Positions 29,404 to 39,870 of a DNA stretch of 64,000 nt are shown piece by piece. Within the stretch, counting starts at the first letter, position 1, and each line of letters begins with the position of its first letter. This DNA comes from Woeseiaceae bacterium (GTDB taxonomy: Bacteria; Pseudomonadota; Gammaproteobacteria; Steroidobacterales; Woeseiaceae), in NCBI GenBank assembly GCA_035465295.1, contig DATHRM010000192.1:164-64163 (forward strand), given 5' to 3'. The notes beneath the pieces were generated by a model. That model did not search any database, had not been told where the DNA came from, and worked only from the letters and a program-made list of their open reading frames with translations. The position numbers were made by a program, and so were the translations under genes.

Positions 29404-30021
29404 TCAGCGCCAGACGATCTCGAACATCTCCTGCAAACCGGCCTCGCGAAATTTCGGCGGGCCGTTTTCGATGTCGTCGTAACGATCGACCACCCGCAGG
29501 TCAGGCCAGTAGCGCCTGATTTCCTCGTCGGAAATGGAAAACGGCGGGCCGGTCGCAATACTGTCGTCGTATTCGAGGGTGATCAGCAGCCTGCAGGCAT
29601 CGTCCGCCAGCAGCCTGTTGATACGGTCCGCGTAGGCGGGCCGCTGCTCCGCCGGCATCGCAACGAACGCGCCGCGATCGTACCAGCCGGTAAACCCCGG
29701 CTCGTTGAACGCGAACAGGTCGCCGCAATAAATCGAGATGTCCCGGTCCCCGGCAATGTACGCCGGCAGCCTGCCATCGCGGACAGTGTATTGCAGGCCG
29801 TTCTCCTCGAAGAATGCGCGTACCGCGATATCGGACAGCTCCACGCCGACGACGCTGTTGCCCTGCTCTTCCAGCCACAGCATGTCGGCGGTCTTCCCGC
29901 ACATCGGCACGAGAACGCGCCGGCCTTTCGCGTCCCAGTGCTTCTTCAGGCTGGCGTTGCCGCCTTCCTCGTGCCAGCCGATGCGCCCTTCGCGCCAGCG
30001 TTCCAGCCAGGATTCGAACAT
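29404..30021 (-). CDS. tpm: Thiopurine S-methyltransferase
   Basis: [17 protein letters not shown]...[15 protein letters not shown]...VVGVELS TPMT motifs. I chose the internal ATG at 30021. Confidence 0.85.
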   Translation of the reverse strand: MFESWLERWREGRIGWHEEGGNASLKKHWDAKGRRVLVPMCGKTADMLWLEEQGNSVVGVELSDIAVRAFFEENGLQYTVRDGRLPAYIAGDRDISIYCGDLFAFNEPGFTGWYDRGAFVAMPAEQRPAYADRINRLLADDACRLLITLEYDDSIATGPPFSISDEEIRRYWPDLRVVDRYDDIENGPPKFREAGLQEMFEIVWR

Positions 30022-30124
30022 GGTCTGTGCTCCGGTATCGATTGCGCTAGGTAAATGGCGCAGTTTACGCAAACCGATGCCGGCGTTACCATGCCGGCGC
30101 TTTCGACCTACAGGAAACCGGCTC

Positions 30125-31021
30125 ATGGCGAGCGCTATTCGCATTGACGGCAAGGCCAAGGCGGCTGAATTGTCAGAGAAAATCAAGCAGGAGACAGCCA
30201 CACTGGTTCGCGATCACGGCATCAGGCCCGGGCTCGCGGTTGTCATCATCGGTGAAGACCCGGCAAGCCAGGTCTACGTGCGCAACAAGAAGCGCACGGC
30301 GGAGGCCTGCGGCTTCCATTCTCTGCAGCATACGCTGCCGGCCGACGTAGCGCAGAAGGACGTACTCGAACTCATCGCGTCACTCAACGAGGACGACGCG
30401 ATCCACGGCATTCTAGTGCAGCTTCCGCTGCCCGGTCACCTGGACGAGCAGCAGATAACCCAGTCGATATTGCCCTCGAAAGACGTCGACGGCTTTCATT
30501 ACATCAACATCGGCAAGCTGACGGCCGGGGATACCGCGGACGCCTTCGTGCCCTGCACGCCCGCCGGTTGCATGCTCATGGTCGAGGACCATCTCGGCAC
30601 GGACCTCTCCGGCCTGAGCGCGGTCGTGATCGGCCGCTCGAACATCGTCGGCAAACCGATGGCCAGCCTGCTGCTTGCGAGGAACGCAACGGTGACGATT
30701 ACGCACAGCCGCACGAAGGACCTGCCCACGGTGGTGCGCGGCGCGGATATCGTCGTGGCCGCCGTCGGCCGTCCCCACATGGTCGGCGGCGACTGGATCA
30801 AGCCGGGAGCCGTCGTCATCGACGTCGGCATCAATCGCGTGGAGGCCGAGGTCGACGGCGAGGTGAAATCGAAGCTGATTGGCGACGTCGACTACGACGC
30901 AGCCGGCGAGGTTGCCCGGGCTATTACGCCCGTACCCGGCGGCGTCGGACCGATGACCATCACGATGCTGATGTCGAACACCCTGCGGTCCGCGAAACTC
31001 GCCGCCGGGCTTGCCGGCTGA
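30125..31021 (+). CDS. folD: Bifunctional methylenetetrahydrofolate dehydrogenase/cyclohydrolase
   Basis: IDGKA...[21 protein letters not shown]...GILVQLPLP...DVDGFH...GRSNIVGKP...PGGVGPMT. I chose the ATG at 30125. Confidence 0.95.
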   Translation: MASAIRIDGKAKAAELSEKIKQETATLVRDHGIRPGLAVVIIGEDPASQVYVRNKKRTAEACGFHSLQHTLPADVAQKDVLELIASLNEDDAIHGILVQLPLPGHLDEQQITQSILPSKDVDGFHYINIGKLTAGDTADAFVPCTPAGCMLMVEDHLGTDLSGLSAVVIGRSNIVGKPMASLLLARNATVTITHSRTKDLPTVVRGADIVVAAVGRPHMVGGDWIKPGAVVIDVGINRVEAEVDGEVKSKLIGDVDYDAAGEVARAITPVPGGVGPMTITMLMSNTLRSAKLAAGLAG

Positions 31022-31022
31022 T

Positions 31023-31400
31023 TCAGTCGGCGGGCACCGATTCGAGCCTGAACCGGAACGTCCTGCATGTCTTGATCGCGGGGACCGGTTGGTCTGCGGG
31101 CAGCGGCTGGTAACGGGATGCCCTGACCGCGCGAATTGCCGGCTTTTCGAACACGCGGTTGGTGCTGGTGCGTACGGCGATGCGATAAGGCCTGCCTTCG
31201 CGATCGACGTTGAAACACACCTGCACGTCGCCCTCGATCCGCTCGCGGCGCGCGACGTCGGGGTAAACCGGGGCAACCGTGTTGAGCGGAACGCGCTCGA
31301 GGCCCTGGTCCGCCAGGTGGGTCACGGGAGGCTCGCCGGCCGCGACGCTCAGCACCCAGAGCAGCAACGCGGCGGGCAACCAGTGACTACCGGTCCGCAT
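31023..31400 (-). CDS. TonB C-terminal domain protein (short, secreted)
   Basis: PVYPDVARRERIEGDVQVCFNVDREGRP...RVFEKPAIRAV TonB_C pattern with a signal peptide. Confidence 0.75.
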   Translation of the reverse strand: MRTGSHWLPAALLLWVLSVAAGEPPVTHLADQGLERVPLNTVAPVYPDVARRERIEGDVQVCFNVDREGRPYRIAVRTSTNRVFEKPAIRAVRASRYQPLPADQPVPAIKTCRTFRFRLESVPAD

Positions 31401-31920
31401 CGTCTGCGGCCGCCTCGCGCCGATCGTCGATGATGATACTCGGTGCTACGGGATCGACGGCATCGCGATACATGGCCCGCAGCGTCCTGAGCGTACGCGC
31501 GTTCGGATTGAGCTGCTCCCCCCTGGAAATATCGCGCTCCGCCTCCGGATAGCGTTCCTGCTTGAGATACACGAGCGCCCGGTTGCTGTAGCTTCGCCAG
31601 TGGCGGTCGTCGAGTTCGAGTGCGCGATTGCACGCCTGCAGGGCTTCGTCGAGCCGCCCGAGCATCGCGAGCCCCGCGCAGAGATTGGAATAACCGGCAA
31701 CGCGCTCGCGCCGGCCGTTTGCCGACATCAGGCCGCGTTCGGTCAGCCTGACGCCATCCTCCGCGTTCCCGACCCTCAATGCCGCAGCGCCATCCGCGAG
31801 ATCGGCGTTGGCGGGCCCGACGACGGTCTTGGCAACGGCCCCGGATTGCGCGGCGGGCGTCTGCGCCTGCGCCAGCGAAGCCAGCAGCATCAACAATGGC
31901 AGGAAGCGAGCGATAGTCAT
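31387..31920 (-). CDS. Tetratricopeptide-repeat protein (secreted)
   Basis: Signal peptide, then TPR-like ...LDEALQACNRALELDDRHWRSYSNRALVYLKQERYPEAERD... Confidence 0.75.
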   Translation of the reverse strand: MTIARFLPLLMLLASLAQAQTPAAQSGAVAKTVVGPANADLADGAAALRVGNAEDGVRLTERGLMSANGRRERVAGYSNLCAGLAMLGRLDEALQACNRALELDDRHWRSYSNRALVYLKQERYPEAERDISRGEQLNPNARTLRTLRAMYRDAVDPVAPSIIIDDRREAAADDADR

Positions 31921-31950
31921 GTTTGTCGGGTTCGGCGCGCGAACCCCGTA

Positions 31951-32841
31951 TCAACCGTCTTGTTTCAGGTGCCTGTCAAAGAATTCGACGGTTCTCGTCC
32001 ACGCGAGTTCAGCCGCTTTTTCGTCGTATCGCGGCGTGGTGTCGTTATGGAAGCCGTGCTGTACGCCTTCGTAGTCGTGGTGCACGTAATCGACGCCCGC
32101 GGCTTTCAGGCCTTTTTCGAACGCCGGCCAGCTGGCGTTCACGCGCTCGTCCAGCTCCGCATGATTGAGCATCAACGGCGCCTGGATGGCGGCTGCGCGA
32201 TCCCCGTCCGGGTGGCGGCCGTAGAACGCGACGCCGGCATCGAGATCCGGCAGCCGGATGGCAAGCTCGAGCACCATGCCGCCGCCGAAACAGAAGCCGA
32301 CGGCGCCGATGCGGCCCGTGGTATCCGGATGTTGGCGCAGGAATTTCACGGCGGCGACAAAATCCTGGATCATTTCCTCGCTATCGCGTTGCCGTTGCAG
32401 TTCCCTGCCATCGTCGTCATTACCGGGATAGCCGCCGAGCGGCGTGAGTGCATCCGGGGCGAACGCGATGAACCCTGCGACGGCGAGGCGCCTCGCGACA
32501 TCCTCTATGTACGGGTTCAGGCCCCGATTCTCGTGTATGACCACGACGCCGGGCAATTTGTGGCCGGACTTCGATGGCCGGGCAAAATAGCCCCGCATGG
32601 TGCCGGCACCTTGCGGCGATGCGTACTTCTTGTAGCCCGCGGAAATGGACGGATCGTCCGGGTCAACCTGCTGAGCCAGCGCGTAATCCGGGCTGAGCGC
32701 GGTCAGCAGCGTTGCGGCGGATACGCCGCTCGCGGTGAAACGCGCCGCGCGATCGAGAAACTCGCGCCGCGTGACCGTGCCGTGTACGTAGCCGTCGAAC
32801 AGTTTCCACACCCGTTCGTCGACGTCATATTCGTCGCTCAC
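31951..32841 (-). CDS. Dienelactone hydrolase family protein with Tat-like leader
   Basis: TRREFLDRAARFTASG leader, IHENRGLN and GFCFGG motifs. Confidence 0.88.
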   Translation of the reverse strand: MSDEYDVDERVWKLFDGYVHGTVTRREFLDRAARFTASGVSAATLLTALSPDYALAQQVDPDDPSISAGYKKYASPQGAGTMRGYFARPSKSGHKLPGVVVIHENRGLNPYIEDVARRLAVAGFIAFAPDALTPLGGYPGNDDDGRELQRQRDSEEMIQDFVAAVKFLRQHPDTTGRIGAVGFCFGGGMVLELAIRLPDLDAGVAFYGRHPDGDRAAAIQAPLMLNHAELDERVNASWPAFEKGLKAAGVDYVHHDYEGVQHGFHNDTTPRYDEKAAELAWTRTVEFFDRHLKQDG

Positions 32842-32844
32842 GGG

Positions 32845-33276
32845 TCAGCCGCTTATGTAGTGTTCGAGATGTTCGATCTCTTCCTTCTGGTCCGCGATGA
32901 TGGCCTGTACCAGGTCACCGATCGAAACCATTGCAATCACCCGGCCGTCCTCGACGACCGGCAGATGGCGGAGCTTTTTCTCGGTCATGATTTCCATGCA
33001 CGAATTGACCGTGCGATCGCAGCTCGTCGTCAGCACATCGGCGGTCATGATGTCGGCTACCCGGGTACCCCTGGACGACCGGCCCTTGATGATGACTTTG
33101 CGAGCATAATCCCTCTCCGTAACGATTCCGACCAGCCCGCCGTTCTCGTCCAGCACCACGAGGGAGCCGACCGACTCGTCGGCCATCATCTTTATCGCGT
33201 CGAAAACCGAGGCGTCGGCCGGAATGGATAGTACGTTTCTGCCCTTCGCATCGAGCAGATGCTTGACCAGTTTCAT
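32845..33276 (-). CDS. CBS-pair domain protein
   Basis: Two CBS repeats (...VGSLVVLDENGGLVGIVTERD... and ...LRHLPVVEDGRVIAMVSIGD...). Confidence 0.88.
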   Translation of the reverse strand: MKLVKHLLDAKGRNVLSIPADASVFDAIKMMADESVGSLVVLDENGGLVGIVTERDYARKVIIKGRSSRGTRVADIMTADVLTTSCDRTVNSCMEIMTEKKLRHLPVVEDGRVIAMVSIGDLVQAIIADQKEEIEHLEHYISG

Positions 33277-33361
33277 TTTGCCCCCTCTCGCCGGTAACGG
33301 CTCATTATCCGCGCAATCCGCCGGTGCGCCCGTTCTGCGGATGTGAGTTCATTCTAGCGTG

Positions 33362-33391
33362 ACAGAACAAAGCCCGCCATTGCTGGCGGGC
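33362..33391 (-). terminator. Rho-independent terminator for the 33411-34169 gene
   Basis: GCCCGCCA-ttgc-TGGCGGGC perfect 8-bp stem (33372-33391). On the minus strand it is followed by TTTGTTCTGT. Confidence 0.6.
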
Positions 33392-33410
33392 CCTATTCGT
33401 GGGGCCGGGG

Positions 33411-34169
33411 TCAGTCGTGTTGCTCTACGATGCCGCGAACGTTGGTGTAGCGCAGCGAGCCGCTGCCCTCTTCTTCGATGATCAGGTCGCGTTCCACGTC
33501 GTCGACCTCGATGTCGCCGGAGCCGTCGTCGACAGTGACGCTGCCCTGCACGCCCCGGATCTCGATGGTTCCGGAACCGTCTTCGACGTACACGTCGCCT
33601 GCCGCCCGCACAATCGTAATCGAACCCGAACCGTCGTCGATCCTGACGGCACCGGTGTTCTCGAGCCGGATCGAACCGCTGCCATCGTCGATCTCCACGT
33701 CGCCTGACCGGGTCACCTCGATCGGGCCGCTGCCGTCGTCAATCCTGACGCTGCCCGGAATACCGTCGACCGTGATCGGACCCGAACCGTCGTCGATCTC
33801 GAGCGCGAGCTGCGCCGGCATGCGTACGTCGAGATCGACTGCGGCCTCGCCGTCCCATCCCCATCCCGGGCGGAAGCCCGCTTTCAGTACCGCCCTGTCG
33901 CCATCCTGCTCAAGGCTGAGGTCGAGGCGTTTTTCGACGAGCTTCGCCGCCTCGTCCGCGTCGCCGGCATCGACGCTGATCGTCGCAACGACGACGATTT
34001 CGTTGCTGCCCTGGACGCCCGTGACGACCATGGCGCCGGCACCGGCCTCGATAAACACGACCGACAATCCGGAGGCATCCAGTTCGAGATCCCTCATCTC
34101 GGTGTATGGTTGCGAGCCTGCATATGACAGGCTCACGGCGAACATTGCCATGACGATTATTCCGCGCAT
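33411..34169 (-). CDS. Secreted beta-solenoid-like repeat protein (DUF4097-like)
   Basis: Signal peptide, then 7 tandem units of about 17-19 aa built on (D/E)(D/E)GSG(x)I (IDDGSGPI, IDDGSGSI, VEDGSGTI ...). Confidence 0.7.
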   Translation of the reverse strand: MRGIIVMAMFAVSLSYAGSQPYTEMRDLELDASGLSVVFIEAGAGAMVVTGVQGSNEIVVVATISVDAGDADEAAKLVEKRLDLSLEQDGDRAVLKAGFRPGWGWDGEAAVDLDVRMPAQLALEIDDGSGPITVDGIPGSVRIDDGSGPIEVTRSGDVEIDDGSGSIRLENTGAVRIDDGSGSITIVRAAGDVYVEDGSGTIEIRGVQGSVTVDDGSGDIEVDDVERDLIIEEEGSGSLRYTNVRGIVEQHD

Positions 34170-34202
34170 CGTTCTCTCCCGAACCAGGTGTGCGTCTCGA
34201 TG

Positions 34203-35594
34203 TTACTCGTAAGACGCCGCTCGGGGCCGTTTGGTTGCAAACGGCCCGATTCCGTCGTCGTCATGGAGCCTGAAGCGCTCGAGCAAGGCTTCGATATCGC
34301 CGGCCGAGTACCACTGGCCACGCACCATGACGCCGTGCACCCGCCGTGTGTTGGAAATATCCTCGAGCGGGTTTGAATCGAGCATCACCAGGTCCGCCTC
34401 GCGCCCGGTCTCTACGACGCCCGTCCTCAACCCCAGGAACCGGGCAACATTGACGGTACCGGCCTTGAGCGCCTCGAAAGGCGTCAATCCTGCCGCAACC
34501 ATCAACTCGAGTTCACGGTGCAGGGAAAAACCGGGCACATTGAACACCTGGGGCGCGTCCGAGCCGAGCAAAATCCCGGCACCGGCCTCGTGCAGCCGGC
34601 GTATGAGGGCGCGGCGCAGGCCTGTCGCTTTCACGGCAATCTCGCTGCTGAAACCGCGGTCGTTCTGCTGCCGTTCCTTCGCTTCGATCCAGCGCTCGAT
34701 CGTCGCCTCCGGTACGTACCGCATCTCGACCCGGCGCCGCATCACACTTGCCGGTACCTCGTTGATGAGCTGTTCCACGAGGGTCTCCGTGGGAACGTTC
34801 CAGGTCCCGGCCGCGGCGGTCGCTGCGACGAGCGCCGGTATGCCGTCTTCGTCGACGTCGCCGGCGAGCAGGACGTCGAACAAGCCCCCGTAGCCGCCCG
34901 ACGCGTCAAAATTCGGCGGCATCAATGCCGCCATGTAGCCGTCGAGATGATCGATACTTGCCATGCCCGACGCCAGTGCCTTTTCGAGGCCGACCGCGAC
35001 GGGAACATGCCCGGCGATAGGGATCCCCAGCTCGTTCGCCGTGGCGGCAATCGCCGCGAATTCCTCGTCATCCAGCCCCGGGTGAATCTTGACGAAATCG
35101 TATCCGGCCTCGTGCTGTTCACGGACCTGGCGTTCGCCGTCCGCGGCGCCGCTGACCGAGCGCCCGTTCAGCGAAGGGCCCGATGTGATCAGCCTGGGCC
35201 CGAACGCCTCGCCGTCGAGCAGCTCCGAGCGCAGCTCCAGGTGCGACGGATGCCCGAGCATGCCGCGAACGGTCGTGACACCGTTTGCGACGAACAGGGC
35301 AAAGTCACGTTCCAGGTCACCGGACCCGACGGGCGGCACGTGAGCATGCATCTCGCCGAGGCCCGGTATGAGAAAACGGTCGGTACCGTCGATGAGCCTG
35401 GCTCCCTCCGGAACCGGCACCTCGTCGACATTGCCGATCGTGCCGATTATGCCGTCGCTGACGATGACGGTCTGCTGTGCGACGATTCGCTCCCCGGACA
35501 TCGGGATTACATTGACGTTCACGAAAGCAGCCACTTCCGCAACCGCCGCAGCCGACGCGAGGCCGAAGATGGCAAAGACAACGAAGCGATGCAT
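34203..35594 (-). CDS. Amidohydrolase family protein (secreted)
   Basis: Signal peptide MHRFVVFAIFGLASAAA, LIPGLGEMHAHV metal-binding HxH motif. I chose the internal ATG at 35594. Confidence 0.85.
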   Translation of the reverse strand: MHRFVVFAIFGLASAAAVAEVAAFVNVNVIPMSGERIVAQQTVIVSDGIIGTIGNVDEVPVPEGARLIDGTDRFLIPGLGEMHAHVPPVGSGDLERDFALFVANGVTTVRGMLGHPSHLELRSELLDGEAFGPRLITSGPSLNGRSVSGAADGERQVREQHEAGYDFVKIHPGLDDEEFAAIAATANELGIPIAGHVPVAVGLEKALASGMASIDHLDGYMAALMPPNFDASGGYGGLFDVLLAGDVDEDGIPALVAATAAAGTWNVPTETLVEQLINEVPASVMRRRVEMRYVPEATIERWIEAKERQQNDRGFSSEIAVKATGLRRALIRRLHEAGAGILLGSDAPQVFNVPGFSLHRELELMVAAGLTPFEALKAGTVNVARFLGLRTGVVETGREADLVMLDSNPLEDISNTRRVHGVMVRGQWYSAGDIEALLERFRLHDDDGIGPFATKRPRAASYE

Positions 35595-35595
35595 G

Positions 35596-36576
35596 TCAGC
35601 TCCCCGCCTGGAGAATGCGCGCCAGTGTATCGCGGCTGACATTGCCGCCGCAGATGAGGACCACGACCTGTCGCCCGGCGAGCGCGTCCTTCTGCTTCAG
35701 CATCGCGGCCAGCGCCACGCCCGCAGCGCCCTCGATGAGTTGATGCTCGTAGTCGATGCATTGCCGCATTGCCGCCGCGATCTCGGCCTCGCTCACGAGC
35801 ACGAACTCATCGACCAGGTTCCTGCAAAGATCGAACGTGATCGCATCCTGCTCTATGCCGCCCGCGGTACCGTCCGACAGCGTCGGCCCGCTGCGCTCAT
35901 CGACGATCCTGCCGGCCTCGATCGAGTGCGCCATCACGGCCGACGCCTCCGGCTGGCATCCGACGATGCGGATTGCAGGGTTGCCGGTTTTGAGCACGCT
36001 CGCGACACCGCTCACGAGCCCGCCGCCGCCGACGGCCACATACACCGTATCGACGCCCGGCAGCGCGGATTCGATTTCGATGCCGCAGGTGCCCTGTCCC
36101 GCAATGACCTGCGCATCATTGTAAGGCGACAGGTAGAACATGCCGTGCTCATCGGCGTGTTTGCGGGCGTGAATTTCGGTATCGAGGCCGTCGTTGCCGA
36201 AGAAGCGCACCTCGCCACCGTAGCTCCTGATCGCCTCGACCTTCGCCGTGGACGTCTTTTCCGGCACGAATATGACGCCCTCGATGCCGAGCTTTTGCAT
36301 CGCATAGGCGATTGCCGCGCCGTGATTGCCGCTCGACGCAGCCACGCACCCGGCGCGCTTTTGCCCGGTTTCTACGGTCATCAGGCGATTTGCCGCGCCG
36401 CGCAGCTTGAATGAGCCCGTGTACTGCAGATTCTCGAGCTTCAGGTACACATCCGCACCAGTGTCGGCACTGAAGCGGTACGAGTAGTCGAGGGGCGTTG
36501 CCCGAACCAGGCTTGCTGTCCTCGCCGAGGCTTCACGGGCAGCCGCGGCCAGGCTATTGCGATCAACTTCGCTCAT
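35596..36576 (-). CDS. PLP-dependent threonine/serine dehydratase-like enzyme
   Basis: LKLENLQYTGSFKLRGA lysine motif, SSGNHG, GGGGL loop. I chose the internal ATG at 36576. Confidence 0.85.
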   Translation of the reverse strand: MSEVDRNSLAAAAREASARTASLVRATPLDYSYRFSADTGADVYLKLENLQYTGSFKLRGAANRLMTVETGQKRAGCVAASSGNHGAAIAYAMQKLGIEGVIFVPEKTSTAKVEAIRSYGGEVRFFGNDGLDTEIHARKHADEHGMFYLSPYNDAQVIAGQGTCGIEIESALPGVDTVYVAVGGGGLVSGVASVLKTGNPAIRIVGCQPEASAVMAHSIEAGRIVDERSGPTLSDGTAGGIEQDAITFDLCRNLVDEFVLVSEAEIAAAMRQCIDYEHQLIEGAAGVALAAMLKQKDALAGRQVVVLICGGNVSRDTLARILQAGS

Positions 36577-36688
36577 CCACACAGTCTCGGCTGCATCCAC
36601 GACGGGCGTCAAGCGGGCGACGGACAAATTTGGCGCTATTGCCCCGCAGCTGCGAGAATCGTTCGTTTCCCGGCCAAAACGGTGCCCG

Positions 36689-38224
36689 ATGACGTTTCGA
36701 CATACGCTCCTTATCGTGCTGGCCTGTATCGCAGCCTGCGGCACGGACCAGGGCCCGGAAGAGCCTGCGGAATCCACCGGCAGGACGACCACAGAGCCGG
36801 AATACCTGGCGGGCGACGCGAATCCGTCGGCCGGCGACATCCTGCCAATGCCCTTTCGCGTTATCTGGGAACCGTGGCGCGGCGATTTCGACGGCATGGT
36901 CGAACGCCGCCTCATTCGCGCCGTCGTCCCCTATGGCGGCTACCAGTTCTATTACGTCGACGGGCTGCCCAAGGGCGCCACTTACGACCTGCTGCAACGC
37001 TTCGAGTCCTACGTCAACAACGAGCTGGGCCGCCGCAATATCAAGGTCTACGTGGTCGTGATTCCCGTCAGTCGGGACGAGCTCATCCCCGCAATACTGA
37101 ACGGCCATGCGGACCTGGTTGCGGGCGATCTGACGATCACCCCGGAACGTTCCGAACTGGTACGGTTCGCGCGGCCGATGCTGGAAGATATCGACGAAAT
37201 CATCGTTACCGGTCCCGGCGCACCGCCTGTCGATACCCTGGATGACCTCGCCGGTGAGGAAATCGTCGTCCGCGAATCGAGCAGTTACTTCGAGCACTTG
37301 CAGGCGCTCCTCGCCGACTTCGAAACCCGCGGGCTCGAGCCGCCCGACATTCACCTTGCCGACGAGATACTGGAAGCCGAGGACCTGCTGGAGATGGTCA
37401 ATGGCGGGATGATCGGCATCACCGTCATGGACGATTACAAGGCGGAGTTCTGGGCGGACGTGTTCCCGAACATCCTCGTACGCGACGACCTCGTCACGAA
37501 CGAAGGAGGCTCGATTGCCTGGGCGATGCGCAAGGACAGCCCGAAATTCGCCGAAATAATCGAGGGCTTCCTGAAAAAATACGGCAAGGGAACGCTGGTC
37601 GGGAACGATACCTATAACCGCTACCTTTCGAGCGCAGCGCACGTCCGGTGTTCACACACGCGCAGGGCGCTGCGCCAGGTGGAGGATCGGATCGACGTGT
37701 TCCAGACGTACGGCGAGAAGTACGGTTTCGACTGGTTGATGCTGGCGGCACAGGCTTTCCAGGAGTCCGGCCTGCGGCAGGACCGGCAGAGCCCTTCAGG
37801 AGCGATCGGCATCATGCAGATCAAACCGTCGACAGCGGCGGACGGGAATGTCGGTATTGACGACATCACGACCATCGACGGCAACGTTCATGCCGGCGCA
37901 AAATACATGCGCTTCATAGCGGATCGCTATTTCGCGGACGACGAAATCAACGACCTGAACCAGTGGTTGTTCAGCCTGGCCGCCTACAACGCGGGGCCGG
38001 CCAAGATCATCCGCTACCGGCGGGAGGCGGCCGACAACGGATACGATCCCGACCGCTGGTTCGACAACGTCGAGATTATCGCCGCGCGCAGGATCGGCAG
38101 CGAAACGGTCACGTATGTCAGTAACGTGTTCAAGTACTACGTCGGCTACCAGATAACGATGCACCAGGGAGCCATTCGCGAGGAGCGTTACGCAGCCGAG
38201 CTGCAGGAATGCGCCGACGAGTAG
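36689..38224 (+). CDS. mltF: Membrane-bound lytic murein transglycosylase F-like lipoprotein
   Basis: Lipobox LACIAACG, an N-terminal solute-binding (family 3) domain and a C-terminal SLT domain (QESGLRQD...GIMQIKPSTA...AYNAGP). I chose the ATG at 36689. Confidence 0.8.
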   Translation: MTFRHTLLIVLACIAACGTDQGPEEPAESTGRTTTEPEYLAGDANPSAGDILPMPFRVIWEPWRGDFDGMVERRLIRAVVPYGGYQFYYVDGLPKGATYDLLQRFESYVNNELGRRNIKVYVVVIPVSRDELIPAILNGHADLVAGDLTITPERSELVRFARPMLEDIDEIIVTGPGAPPVDTLDDLAGEEIVVRESSSYFEHLQALLADFETRGLEPPDIHLADEILEAEDLLEMVNGGMIGITVMDDYKAEFWADVFPNILVRDDLVTNEGGSIAWAMRKDSPKFAEIIEGFLKKYGKGTLVGNDTYNRYLSSAAHVRCSHTRRALRQVEDRIDVFQTYGEKYGFDWLMLAAQAFQESGLRQDRQSPSGAIGIMQIKPSTAADGNVGIDDITTIDGNVHAGAKYMRFIADRYFADDEINDLNQWLFSLAAYNAGPAKIIRYRREAADNGYDPDRWFDNVEIIAARRIGSETVTYVSNVFKYYVGYQITMHQGAIREERYAAELQECADE

Positions 38225-39742
38225 CTACATCTGCCCTTCGATCGGAAGCAGCCCCATCAGCCGCGTCAACAAGCGGCGCCAGAAGCTGGTGTCGGGTTCT
38301 TTTGCTGCAACCAGTTCCTGCCCGTCGCTCGTGTAGTGCCAGTTGAGGCGCCCCCTGCGATTCAACTTCAGCCGGTAGGCTACGGTCTGCAACGACTCGA
38401 GGCCGGAGGAAGCCATCGACGACGCGATCTCGGCGGACTCGACAACCATGCCGAGCTCGGTATTGATGTACAGGGAACGTGGATCGAGGTTGAACGAACC
38501 CACGAACGAACTGACCCGGTCGACGATCGCGACCTTGGAGTGCAGCGTCAGCCTCGCCGGGTCCGCGTCACCGATCGTGCTGCCTTCCTCGATGGAGCGC
38601 AGCTCATAGAGCTCGACGCCCTGCCGCAACAGTGGCTTCCGATAGCGCGCGTATACCGCGTGTACACTCGAGTGGTTCGTGGATGCGAGCGAATTCGTCA
38701 GGATAACGACGCGAACGCCCTTTTTCGCCAGCCCGCCGAAAAAATCGACACCCTGCCGCTGCGGGACGAAATACGGCGATACGACGATGACCTCCTCGCG
38801 GGCCGCTGAAACCATCTGGATGAGACGCTCTGTGACGTCGCCGATCTGCCGTCGAACGAGGCCTCGCACCTTGTCCGGGTGATCGAGCACCAGCTCGGTC
38901 TTCGCTGAGACCCACGGCAGGGTGCCTTCGATGAGCTCACGGGCCAGGTTTTCATTGAGACCGCGAATAACCGGGCTGTCCCTGTGTCGTTCGATGTGGC
39001 GCTGGCCGGCGCGGATCGTTTCGTTGAGCGCCTGGTGCGGGAGGTACTTGTCGAAGACACTGATCGGAATGGCTTCCTTGGTGTTCCAGTACTCGTCGAA
39101 GCCTTCCGAGACGTCGTCGACTACGGGCCCGATAGCGGCCAGATCCTCGTCGAGAAATTCGCTCGTCACGCTGGTCTGGTAATACTCGTCCGCCAGGTTC
39201 CGGCCGCCGACTATGGTTACCTGGTTGTCGACGGTGAAGGACTTGTTGTGCATGCGCCGGTTGAGAATGTTGAAGTTCGCGATAAAGCTGATCAACCGTG
39301 AACGGCGCCGCGGAAACGGGTTGAAGACGCGAACCTCGATGTTGACATGATCGTTGAGACTCAGCAGGCCGGCATCGATCGGCTCGGTCAGGGCATCGTC
39401 CATCAGCAGCCGGACCCGCACGCCCCGGTTTGCCGCTTCGATGAGCTTGAGCGCGATCAGGTTGCCGCTCAGGTCGTCGCGGATCAGGTAGCTCTGGATA
39501 TCGATGCTGCGCTCGGCCTTTTCAATCAAACCGATTCGCAGGCAGAGCGCGTCGATGCCGAGTTGCAGCCGGAAAACACCGCAGGGCCCGGGATTCGCTG
39601 AAACCCATGCCCGCACGGCAGAGCCGAGCAAGGTGTCGGCCGTGTCAGGCAGCTTGTACGAGTCACGGCGTTCCGGCAGGTCGAAATACTTGCGGTATTT
39701 TTGCGGTACCCGGCTTCCTACCAGTGTCTCGAACATGCCCAT
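38225..39742 (-). CDS. Phospholipase D / cardiolipin synthase family protein
   Basis: Two HKD motifs: HNKSFTVDNQVTIVGGRNLADEY and LHSKVAIVDRVSSFVGSFNLDPRS. Confidence 0.88.
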   Translation of the reverse strand: MGMFETLVGSRVPQKYRKYFDLPERRDSYKLPDTADTLLGSAVRAWVSANPGPCGVFRLQLGIDALCLRIGLIEKAERSIDIQSYLIRDDLSGNLIALKLIEAANRGVRVRLLMDDALTEPIDAGLLSLNDHVNIEVRVFNPFPRRRSRLISFIANFNILNRRMHNKSFTVDNQVTIVGGRNLADEYYQTSVTSEFLDEDLAAIGPVVDDVSEGFDEYWNTKEAIPISVFDKYLPHQALNETIRAGQRHIERHRDSPVIRGLNENLARELIEGTLPWVSAKTELVLDHPDKVRGLVRRQIGDVTERLIQMVSAAREEVIVVSPYFVPQRQGVDFFGGLAKKGVRVVILTNSLASTNHSSVHAVYARYRKPLLRQGVELYELRSIEEGSTIGDADPARLTLHSKVAIVDRVSSFVGSFNLDPRSLYINTELGMVVESAEIASSMASSGLESLQTVAYRLKLNRRGRLNWHYTSDGQELVAAKEPDTSFWRRLLTRLMGLLPIEGQM

Positions 39743-39802
39743 GTCGGCATTATCACCCAGTCCGCGACGCGCGCGTCAAAAACAGCCCGTTCGCGCAGCA
39801 AC

Positions 39803-39833
39803 AAAAAAACCCGGAGGTTTCTCCGGGTTTTTT
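39803..39833 (-). terminator. Bidirectional rho-independent terminator
   Basis: A7-CCCGGAG-gttt-CTCCGGG-T6, a perfect 7-bp stem at 39810-39827, downstream of the 39871-40536 gene. Confidence 0.75.
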
Positions 39834-39870
39834 GCAGGCCGTCGGGCGATCAGCGGATGCTGATCAATTC

